This document shows positions 1-7,602 of a stretch of DNA of 11,572 bases, piece by piece (the first letter of the stretch is position 1; each line of letters starts with the position of its first letter). The translations under genes were made by a program, and so were the position numbers. Source of the stretch: Promethearchaeota archaeon (GTDB lineage: Archaea > Asgardarchaeota > Lokiarchaeia > Sigyniarchaeales > SOKP01); assembly GCA_019058015.1 (NCBI GenBank), contig JAHLWH010000139.1:1-11572 (forward strand), read 5' to 3'. The notes under the pieces were generated by a model. That model made no database searches. It was given only the letters and a program-made list of their open reading frames with translations, and was not told the DNA's origin.

Positions 1-1125
1 CATTATAGCTTGTAAAATTCCGCCGAGCATACTTATTGCACTTAAAACTGTAGCCCTATTCTCTGATTCAATCTGTTTGTTGATTCCATCTGCAAAAATT
101 AATCGACGCGAAAATCCGAAACCCAAAATGATCATAATTAAAATTATACTTATAGGGACTATCATCGTGAAACTCATAAAAATAAATGCAACACCTGTCA
201 TCAATGTGCTAAATATTAAGTATCTCTTACCTTTCTTGAACCATTTCATGAATTTTGGAACAAGGTTAAAAAACACCATCTCTGTAAATGTCATCATAGC
301 CAATATGAAACCGAAATAAACCATTGGTACATTAAGCGCTTCTAAGTATAATTGATAAGTCCAAATTATGAAGAATGCTAATACATTAAATGAAATCATG
401 TCAATAGCTAATAATTTTATAATCTTATTTTTTCTTAATTGCGCAAAACCTTCTTTTAATATATTTAAGTATCTCTTTGATTCTTTCACTAAATCAGAGT
501 TAGGTTCCTTGAAAGTAAATGACACTATCGTAGCCATCATCATTGGGAAAAAGCATAATGTCATTGTTAATTGCAATGAAATATATTCTGCAATCATCGA
601 ACCAATTGGACCACTGATCATTATTCCAATTATCGACATGCTATTTGCCCGACCCCAGATCTTAGTAAATCTCTCCTGCTTATTCATTTTCTTCAATGTA
701 TCATATATAAAAGCTTCATTTGCGCCAGAAGATAAAGCTGCTCCTAATGCCCAAAGAGTTTCTCCAATTACAAAAATGAATATATTTGGAATACTCGAAT
801 AAACCAATGTAGCCAATGCAGTCACAATAGCCGAAATTATCATAGCAAGCTTACGTCCTAAAAAATCTGCAATCGCACCACTTGGAACTTCAAACACAAA
901 TATCATGAACATGAAATAACTCTGCAAAAACATTACTTCAACAAACGTTATTTGACCCCAATCTAGAAAAAAGGGAACTAACACTCCGCTGACTGTGTGC
1001 ATGCTAATGAAAAGATTAAATAAGTAAAATTTCAGCACGTTTCTACTGTAATCTATCTCATTCACTTTTTGTTCCATTGCAGGGTGGAAATATTCCTTTC
1101 CATTTTTACTTTCTGAATTGTTCAT
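1..1125 (-). CDS. MFS transporter, 3' end truncated by the window edge
   Basis: Manual translation from ATG at 1125, with AGGTG RBS-like motif upstream: MNNSESKNGKEYFHPAMEQK...NVLKFYLFNLFISMHTVSGVLVPFFLDWGQITFVEVMFLQSYFMFMIFVFEVPSGAIADFLGRK (MFS motif A)...RATVLSAISM. Hydrophobic throughout and in frame to position 1. Missing from the ORF track because its stop lies outside the window. Confidence 0.93.
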   Translation of the reverse strand, partial: MNNSESKNGKEYFHPAMEQKVNEIDYSRNVLKFYLFNLFISMHTVSGVLVPFFLDWGQITFVEVMFLQSYFMFMIFVFEVPSGAIADFLGRKLAMIISAIVTALATLVYSSIPNIFIFVIGETLWALGAALSSGANEAFIYDTLKKMNKQERFTKIWGRANSMSIIGIMISGPIGSMIAEYISLQLTMTLCFFPMMMATIVSFTFKEPNSDLVKESKRYLNILKEGFAQLRKNKIIKLLAIDMISFNVLAFFIIWTYQLYLEALNVPMVYFGFILAMMTFTEMVFFNLVPKFMKWFKKGKRYLIFSTLMTGVAFIFMSFTMIVPISIILIMIILGFGFSRRLIFADGINKQIESENRATVLSAISMLGGILQAIM

Positions 1126-1269
1126 TTTTTTTAACACCTATTTTTTTTGTAATAAAACCAACTCTATTTGAAAGAAATCCGTAGAATTATAATATAGAAA
1201 AAGAATATCAAAGATCTAAGAAAAATAAAAGAAATGCAAGAATATAGAAGGTAATAATAATAAGATGTA

Positions 1270-1401
1270 AAAGAGAGAAGTCGTTGATTTTGTAATCGAA
1301 TCATAAAAAAATCAATGTCGCTACACAAGTCAAATTGATAGACGGCATACTATGTACTTTGAGTAGTCCGATAATTTTATTCCATCTATCTTGACTATAT
1401 A
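1270..1401 (-). promoter_or_regulatory. Structured leader upstream of the MFS gene: two hairpins followed by a pyrimidine tract
   Basis: Stem 1 pairs 1337-1345 with 1382-1390, 1328-1333 with 1391-1396, and 1322-1326 with 1397-1401; its three mismatches are all G-U pairs on the minus strand. Stem 2 pairs 1284-1291 with 1308-1315 and is followed by CUUCUCUCUUUU. Confidence 0.5.
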
Positions 1402-1416
1402 ACATAAATTACTCAT
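1330..1416 (-). CDS. Putative 28-aa leader peptide MSNLCYIVKIDGIKLSDYSKYIVCRLSI
   Basis: ATG 1416 to TGA 1330. Lies about 37 nt downstream of a TATA-like box and overlaps a long hairpin upstream of the MFS gene. Confidence 0.35.
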   Translation of the reverse strand: MSNLCYIVKIDGIKLSDYSKYIVCRLSI

Positions 1417-1452
1417 CAATTTTTAATGATTAAAAACAAAATTAACGCATTG

Positions 1453-1468
1453 AATATAAACTTATCGG
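1453..1468 (-). promoter_or_regulatory. Candidate archaeal BRE/TATA promoter for the leader and MFS transcript
   Basis: Minus strand reads CCGATAAG-TTTATATT, with the TATA box at 1460-1453. Confidence 0.35.
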
Positions 1469-1594
1469 AAGATGGGACATTTCTTGTGCAATTTATGGGC
1501 AAAAAATGGGAGAAAAAACTCATTCCAATAAAAGTAAAAAGATAAGACTTCTCATACAGATAAAAGAAATAATTAAAAAAAGATGTTAAGATAA

Positions 1595-3283
1595 TTATTT
1601 TTGAACTGCCTTAATTAATCTCTCTATCTCGGCCTGTACTTCTTGTGGTGTTTTATCCAATACTCCCTTAGCTAATTGCTCCTCAATATGTGGACGATGT
1701 ATGGTGTTGTGCGCGCAAAATGGAATTTCTAAAACCTTTGATGGATCTGATGGATCTATCACACCATAGTGAACTAAACAGCGCGATACTCGCTCCAAAT
1801 CAAAATTATAGGCATCTTGAAAATGCATCGCGGAAATCATTAAATTCTTCGATTGCAAAAAGGCTCCTGCAGCCTGCAATCCCGGTTTGAAAATAAGACC
1901 TGTAAACCTTTGCAAAGTTTTTGAAGTAAATATTTTTTCTGGATTTTTAACATATCTAACAAGACCTGCGAAAAAATAAGCTCTCATTAAATTTCTATAA
2001 GCTGCATCAGCCATTCCATCAATAAAATCACCAATGACATTTCCTATTTTACCTAAACTTTTGATGTCAAAACTTCCAAACATATTCGTAGGTTTTGGCA
2101 TTTCTTTACTCTCTACCATATCCCAAACTTTATTTGCCCACCTGATTAACCCCTCAACATCAAAATACTTTTCAATAGGTTCCCATTCACCATGTTCGTT
2201 AAGAGGTACGATAGTAGCAAACCCACAGTCTTGGTGAGAAAGCATAGAGAATTGTGGCATGTCATCAAACCAGGCAAGTAATCTAGTGAATTTTCCTGTT
2301 GTTGCGATTGGGTAAAAATACGTAATAGCTCCACCTGTACATTCGTTAAGTGCAACTTTCAAATCACTTGTAGTGTATCTCATATCCATTAATTCTTCAT
2401 AGCTAATCCTTCCGCATAGAGATACTGGTTGAAAGATAACACCGGCAATTATATCAGTATTCTCCTTAGCATAATTCATGATATTTCCAATTTCATGGTC
2501 ATTCATTCCTTTACATACCGTTGGAACAAGCATTACACCTGCTAAACCAACTTCTCTGCAATTTTCAATTACTTTTTGTTTTAAAGGCCACAAATTTACG
2601 CCTCTTATTTTCTTATAAGTTTCGGGTGTGCAACCATCAAATTGTAAATAGACTGCATCACAATTGGCTTGTTTTAATTTTCTACAATATTCTACAGACT
2701 TTCCTAACTTTACTCCATTGGTAGTGAGCATTACTTCGGTAAATCCAAGTTCGTGCCCTTTTCTTATTATATCAAATATGTCATCTCTCAATGTTGGCTC
2801 CCCACCAGATAATTGAAGCATAACTGGTGGTACCGGTTTCATCGATCTAAAGTGTTCCATAATTTGAACTATTTGATCATATGTGGGTTCTACAACATAT
2901 CCTGCAGCATTTGCATTAGCAAAACAAACAGGACAAACCAAATTACATCTATTTGTTACATCGATTAACCCAATACAAGGAGCCGATTTATGGTTCTCGC
3001 AGATGCCACAATCATAAGGGCAACCGTTCCTTCCTTCTTTAATACCTGAACAAACAGAATCTGGTTTTGTAGTTGTTAAAGTTGAGCCAACATCATTACA
3101 GAAATTTTGACCCCAAACATAATCTTCCTTATTAATTGATAACTTATCCTTGAATGCACCATGAGTTTTACATTCTTTTCGCATCATAACCCATTGTGTC
3201 TTATCATCAACATATATCTCGGCTGGAATTTGTTGAAGACATTCCGGACAGATACTTGTAGTATTTCTAATTACTTCAGTCAT
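1595..3283 (-). CDS. tes: Tetraether lipid synthase (Tes / GDGT-macrocyclic archaeol synthase, MJ0619 family) radical SAM enzyme
   Basis: N-terminal CPEC...CKTH rubredoxin-like site; CPYDCGICENH auxiliary-cluster motif; radical SAM motif VTNRCNLVCPVCFA; SGGEPT; YLQFDG; C-terminal HQDCG, MHFQDAYNFDLERVSRCLVHY and IPFCAHN. GAGGT RBS upstream. Confidence 0.88.
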   Translation of the reverse strand: MTEVIRNTTSICPECLQQIPAEIYVDDKTQWVMMRKECKTHGAFKDKLSINKEDYVWGQNFCNDVGSTLTTTKPDSVCSGIKEGRNGCPYDCGICENHKSAPCIGLIDVTNRCNLVCPVCFANANAAGYVVEPTYDQIVQIMEHFRSMKPVPPVMLQLSGGEPTLRDDIFDIIRKGHELGFTEVMLTTNGVKLGKSVEYCRKLKQANCDAVYLQFDGCTPETYKKIRGVNLWPLKQKVIENCREVGLAGVMLVPTVCKGMNDHEIGNIMNYAKENTDIIAGVIFQPVSLCGRISYEELMDMRYTTSDLKVALNECTGGAITYFYPIATTGKFTRLLAWFDDMPQFSMLSHQDCGFATIVPLNEHGEWEPIEKYFDVEGLIRWANKVWDMVESKEMPKPTNMFGSFDIKSLGKIGNVIGDFIDGMADAAYRNLMRAYFFAGLVRYVKNPEKIFTSKTLQRFTGLIFKPGLQAAGAFLQSKNLMISAMHFQDAYNFDLERVSRCLVHYGVIDPSDPSKVLEIPFCAHNTIHRPHIEEQLAKGVLDKTPQEVQAEIERLIKAVQK

Positions 3284-3859
3284 TATTTTAACCTCTCATA
3301 CTGGGGGAATAATTGTATGATATAAGAGTTATTTATTTAAATAAACATTTTATTAATTTAAAGATTATAAGATAACTAATAATTGGATTGATATTTTTTA
3401 TTAAAATTAAGTTAATTTTTTAATAAATTGATTGAAAATACCCAATAACTGATTATTTTTTGATCAGACGTTAATTGACTTTTTTTTACATTGAAAGATT
3501 TCTTTTTTATTAACATTATTCAATTTGTTCTAAATGAGTAATATTAGAACTTATTAATTTGATTTTAGAATAAGCTCTTTATATTCAAAATCTCAATATT
3601 AAATATATAAATAATAAATATTCCAAAATATTTGAGATTATTCCCTTTAGAATTTCATTTTTTCATTTAAATTGGGATATAAAGATTCTTTTAAAACTTT
3701 GTATTCTAATAGAGTACACTTCTATTCGATTTTTTTTAAAAAAATAAAATAGAGGTCAGTTTAAAATATAAAAAAGTCCAATTAGAATTAAAAAATAAAA
3801 ATTTAAAAAGAGAACTCCTACTTAATTAATTTTATATATCATAAAGTTTTGTAAAGCTT

Positions 3860-4055
3860 TACGTAGCGTAAATCTCTACGTAGCGAGGCTATTTTTTGAA
3901 AGGTGGATCCCTGCCACAAATAAATAGGGGGAGGAGGAGGGCGAAAATAAGTGTAGACTATATTCTACACCAACCAAAAGACAAAAATCCAGAGTGGCAG
4001 GGATCTTATTTTTGGTTTTTATTCCTATTTAATTTTTGCCTTTAATATTCCTCCA
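3860..4055 (+). ncRNA. Candidate structured non-coding RNA or cis-element of unknown family
   Basis: GC-richer island in an otherwise very AT-rich spacer. Perfect 12-bp inverted repeat at 3906-3917/3994-4005, internal hairpin at 3951-3970, TTTATATA at 3831-3838 upstream and T-tracts at 4009-4020 downstream. Strand is uncertain. Confidence 0.45.
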
Positions 4056-4368
4056 ATCAATTTCTACAGAATTATCGTTCAAATTTTTATACTTAAATTT
4101 ATGTTAATCTCTTAATTAAACTTTTTAAAGATTCAAGTTTTATGTCTTATTTAATATATATATGTAATTCTATTTAAATAATCTTTTCTGTTTAATTGTG
4201 ATCCTCATGAGAAAATATTTTTTCTTTTAAATATAATTTCGAAAAAAATGTCGAATTTTGATAATTTTGATTATATTTTTTATTGATTTTATATTTTTAA
4301 GGAATTTTTTAAATAATTTATAATTTTATATCATATAAGTTCTATTAATTAGTCTAATTAGAGATAAT

Positions 4369-4743
4369 ATGCCACAAAACCAAAGATCTGAATCTAATAA
4401 TGGTAATAAATTTAGAAATGATTTCTTTTTGGTATTCTATTATATAACAGGTTTTGTAATTTCTAATATTAATATGTATATAATAGTATTATCAATGGAA
4501 GTATGGGCTTATTTATTAATCATCTTTTTAATTATAATCCCTGCAATCATTATTGGATTAAGGTTACGAATATGGTCATATGGATATATGATTGGATATT
4601 CTACTGCCGGAATCTTGGGAATATTTATATATGATCTTTTTATTGGTGCTTATACAGTAGCCGTTTCGATTTTCATTTTTGTAATTTTATGGTTAATTTT
4701 TTTTAAGACGTGGCGTTCAATCTCAAAAATTAAAGTAGAGTGA
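4369..4743 (+). CDS. Small integral membrane protein (about 4 TM helices), hypothetical
   Basis: 124-aa ATG ORF with four hydrophobic segments and a basic C-terminal tail. Confidence 0.8.
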   Translation: MPQNQRSESNNGNKFRNDFFLVFYYITGFVISNINMYIIVLSMEVWAYLLIIFLIIIPAIIIGLRLRIWSYGYMIGYSTAGILGIFIYDLFIGAYTVAVSIFIFVILWLIFFKTWRSISKIKVE

Positions 4744-4773
4744 GTAATGTTTTCAAAATTATTTCGATATAAT

Positions 4774-6162
4774 CTATTCTTGTTTTTTTAGTAAGAATGT
4801 GGGATTCTTGCATCCTACATCGATATCTCTTAAGAGGGTTTTTACATTTGGTTCTAATATATTTCTCATTAAAATTGATATAAAATTAGATTTTGGATTA
4901 AGAGTTTTTTGATATTTCACAATTGATTTATTCCAATAATTATGGTAGCAAAGTTTTCCCAAACTGCTTCTCGGCGGTGGCTTGGGATAATTTTTACTAT
5001 AACCTAATACTATAAGAGAACATAAATGCCAATCATTAGGGCATTTTATTATTTCTTTTGTTTTTTTTCTTGAAAAGCTTCCAACCCAACAAGTACCTAT
5101 TCTCAATGAATAGGCTCTTAATAATATCAGTTGAATAATGGCTCCTACGTCAATTTTTGCATAAAAAGCAGTAGAATTTTTAGCTTCAAATGCAAATAAA
5201 ATAATTAGAGGTACTTGCTGGACATGAGATTGTTTTACAAATACAATTTTAGCTAAATTTGCAATTTTTGAGAGCACTTTGGGATTATCTATTACAATAA
5301 TTTTAATAAAAGGCTTATTTATAGTTGGGGGTATATATAATCCTGACTTTACAATTTTAAGCATATTTGATAAAGAAATTTTATAGTTATCTCCTTCATG
5401 ATAATTCCTTATCGAGCGCCGATCAAGAATTGCATCAATTGTATATATATTATATTCTTCTTCCTTAATTTTTTCTAATAAATCTTGTTGATTTTTTAAC
5501 GGATTTTCCCATAGATTATGAGATAGAAAATATTCAAGATTTAATTGTTTTTCAGGGATATTTTCCTCAAGCTCAATTGAAAAGCCCAATGCAAGAATCG
5601 AATCAATTGATATATGTTTTGGGATTTTAAATTTCTCTCTAACATAATCTCGATTAAAAATTCTTATCCATCTAGTAGATAATCCCCTTTCATTTGCAAC
5701 TAATATCATATTAATTATAGCAGCGCCTATTTCAGTTTCTCCAAAAACTTTTCCGGTCAACCTATTAGAATGGCAGCAAATTATAAATATAGGCGCAGAT
5801 TGAGCACTTATAACATCAATTTTATGCATCTTTTGCATTTCAGATTGATACAGGTCTTGCTCAACATTGAAATAGGATTCATCAAATCTAAAACTTGCCT
5901 TATTTACATCATCTTCCTTAATTTTTTTAATAACTGATAATCTTTTAATTAACCGAGGATCTCCATCTTTTATGGCTTCTTTGATGAGTTTTATTTTATC
6001 AGCATTATTTATAGTGATAAATTTCCAAACTTGTTGATTTTGAGCGGAAGGAGCCCAACGTGCCGCTTCAAGGATTTCTAAAATAGTTTCTCTCTTAATT
6101 TTTTTATTAGAATCAAATTTTTGGGCATTTTTGAGTGATCTTAAATTGTCTATTAATTTCAT
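4774..6162 (-). CDS. Nitroreductase-family (FMN-dependent) protein with two tandem domains
   Basis: Domain 1: ILEAARWAPSAQNQQVWKF...GLSTRWI...LALGF. Domain 2: AILDRRSIRNY...DVGAIIQLILLRAYSLRIGTCWVGSF...LIVLGYSKNYPKPPPRSSL. Confidence 0.92.
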   Translation of the reverse strand: MKLIDNLRSLKNAQKFDSNKKIKRETILEILEAARWAPSAQNQQVWKFITINNADKIKLIKEAIKDGDPRLIKRLSVIKKIKEDDVNKASFRFDESYFNVEQDLYQSEMQKMHKIDVISAQSAPIFIICCHSNRLTGKVFGETEIGAAIINMILVANERGLSTRWIRIFNRDYVREKFKIPKHISIDSILALGFSIELEENIPEKQLNLEYFLSHNLWENPLKNQQDLLEKIKEEEYNIYTIDAILDRRSIRNYHEGDNYKISLSNMLKIVKSGLYIPPTINKPFIKIIVIDNPKVLSKIANLAKIVFVKQSHVQQVPLIILFAFEAKNSTAFYAKIDVGAIIQLILLRAYSLRIGTCWVGSFSRKKTKEIIKCPNDWHLCSLIVLGYSKNYPKPPPRSSLGKLCYHNYWNKSIVKYQKTLNPKSNFISILMRNILEPNVKTLLRDIDVGCKNPTFLLKKQE

Positions 6163-6189
6163 AACAAATCATAAGAATAATTAATGAAA

Positions 6190-6399
6190 TTATAAAAAAA
6201 ATGGAAGTTTGCATTTAATACATGATTTACCTTCAAGACTGGCTTTTTTTGCACACTCTAAGCAATATAGTTGGCTGCATTTTTTGCATTCATAGATTTC
6301 TCCCTTAATTTGCCCCTTATGAAATAAGCAAAAATCTTTTTTGATTTCAATCGGAGGAGGCATTTCTGGAGGAGGAGGGATTTGCTTTTCATTACTCAT
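6190..6399 (-). CDS. Small Pro-rich RING/PHD-like zinc-finger protein
   Basis: Eight potential ligands: C24-x2-H27-x10-C38-x2-C41-x4-C46-x2-C49-x10-C60-x2-C63. N-terminal IPPPPEMPPP. GAGGT RBS upstream of the ATG. Confidence 0.85.
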   Translation of the reverse strand: MSNEKQIPPPPEMPPPIEIKKDFCLFHKGQIKGEIYECKKCSQLYCLECAKKASLEGKSCIKCKLPFFL

Positions 6400-6439
6400 A
6401 AATTTAACCTCTCAGGAAATTGTAAATTTCAAATTAAAT

Positions 6440-6895
6440 CTAAATAAGAGGAATATCTTCAATCATTACCTTATTAATCCTAGGAATATTAGAAAAATCT
6501 TCCTTAATTTTTTCAAGAGTTATATTAATTTCATTTAAATTAGCGATATTTATATAAGTTTCATAATAACAAAATTCTTCGGCGTAGCAGATACCTGTAG
6601 TATGCAGAATAAAATCACTTAAATTCAAATCTTTTAAAATAGTAGATATACTATTTACCAACTCTGGGGAAAAATCTGTTAAATTTATTAAAATTTTTTT
6701 GATTGTTTTATTTTCTATTGGGAATATATTTATTTTCACGATGTCTTCCCGTATTATATAAATCAATAAAAAATAAGGCTTCTTTTCCAAGGATTGGATT
6801 ATTTCTTTTGGAATAATTTTATTTGAAACAATATCTTCATTTTTAACAATTAATCCTATAGAAACTTTTTTTCCTTTATCATCGTTTAACACCAT
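6440..6895 (-). CDS. Hypothetical protein with a possible C-terminal ACT/ferredoxin-like fold
   Basis: 151-aa ORF. The C-terminal pattern looks like beta-alpha-beta-beta-alpha-beta (KILINL..PELVNSISTILKDL..ILHTTGIC..CYYETYI..LEKIKEDFSNIPRINKVMIEDI). The fold is inferred. Confidence 0.75.
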   Translation of the reverse strand: MVLNDDKGKKVSIGLIVKNEDIVSNKIIPKEIIQSLEKKPYFLLIYIIREDIVKINIFPIENKTIKKILINLTDFSPELVNSISTILKDLNLSDFILHTTGICYAEEFCYYETYINIANLNEINITLEKIKEDFSNIPRINKVMIEDIPLI

Positions 6896-7043
6896 TTCTA
6901 CATATAACTCTTGTTTTTTTATAATATAATTACAAATCTTTATTGAATAGGTAATTGTTAGTTTTAAATTTTCTGATTTTTAATATTTTCTATAATACTT
7001 GGGTATTATTTGATTTAATATTCGATATTCTTAATGGGTATTT

Positions 7044-7589
7044 TTGGAGATACTATCAAATTTAAAACCATTTTTATACACTGGAGTAATTTTATTGTAT
7101 TCTGATAATAGGATTTCAAAAAACAGATATTCAATTATTGATAACATATCTGACAGATTTCACGCTATATTCCTAATTGATGCTAAAACTGGCTTAACAT
7201 TTTTAAGTAAAAAGTTCTCAAAAAACTTTAATAAATTTAATTCAGATAATGAAGATTTAATTTCAGGATTCTTAAATGCTCTTAATTATTTTGTGAAAGA
7301 ACTTGATTTTGAAAATGAATCAATAGAAGAAGTGAATTTTAAGAATAATAGAATTTTATATGAACAAAAAGGGCGTTTAATGGCAATAGGTATTTCAAAA
7401 AAAACAAATATTGAAATTGAACGAAAATTTCTTTCTATGATTATTAATGATTTTTATCTTTCTTTTAAAGTTAATATTGAAAACTTTTGTGGAGACGTGA
7501 GAATATTTGAAAAATTTAAATCCAAATTAGATTTATATAAGATACCCAGTATTATTCAACCAACACATTCAAAAATAATACCTGGGTAA
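7044..7589 (+). CDS. Longin/roadblock-like domain protein (Asgard-type); true start may lie further downstream
   Basis: FHAIFLIDAKTGLTFLSKKF...EDLISGFLNALNYFVKEL...IEEVNFKNNRILYEQKGRLMAIGIS...FLSMIINDF...FCGDVRIFEKF fits longin-fold topology and the Asgard 'DLISGFLxAL..F' signature as I recognise it. Confidence 0.8.
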   Translation: MEILSNLKPFLYTGVILLYSDNRISKNRYSIIDNISDRFHAIFLIDAKTGLTFLSKKFSKNFNKFNSDNEDLISGFLNALNYFVKELDFENESIEEVNFKNNRILYEQKGRLMAIGISKKTNIEIERKFLSMIINDFYLSFKVNIENFCGDVRIFEKFKSKLDLYKIPSIIQPTHSKIIPG

Positions 7590-7602
7590 ATTTTTGATTT
7601 AT

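Noticed and set aside
77-802. Plus-strand ORFs 77-319 and 368-802
   Set aside because: Antisense shadows of the MFS gene, which carries clear family motifs on the minus strand.
1690-2724. Short ORFs overlapping tes; likewise 6341-6538, 8892-9077, 9629-9856, 9864-10064, 10140-10409 and 10497-10853
   Set aside because: They overlap well-supported genes in other frames or strands and show no motifs.
3589-3726. AT-rich inverted repeats AATCTCAA/TTGAGATT (3589-3639) and AATAGA/TCTATT (3708-3726)
   Set aside because: Short and low-complexity, so plausible by chance at this AT content.
3947-3970. GTGTAGA/TCTACAC hairpin resembling a Cas12a repeat stem
   Set aside because: Single copy, arm order reversed relative to the Cas12a repeat, and no array or cas gene.
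4029-4082. Minus-strand 17-codon ORF (TTG) MNDNSVEIDWRNIKGKN, reminiscent of the papain-family DWR motif
   Set aside because: Too short, no RBS, no further protease sequence nearby.
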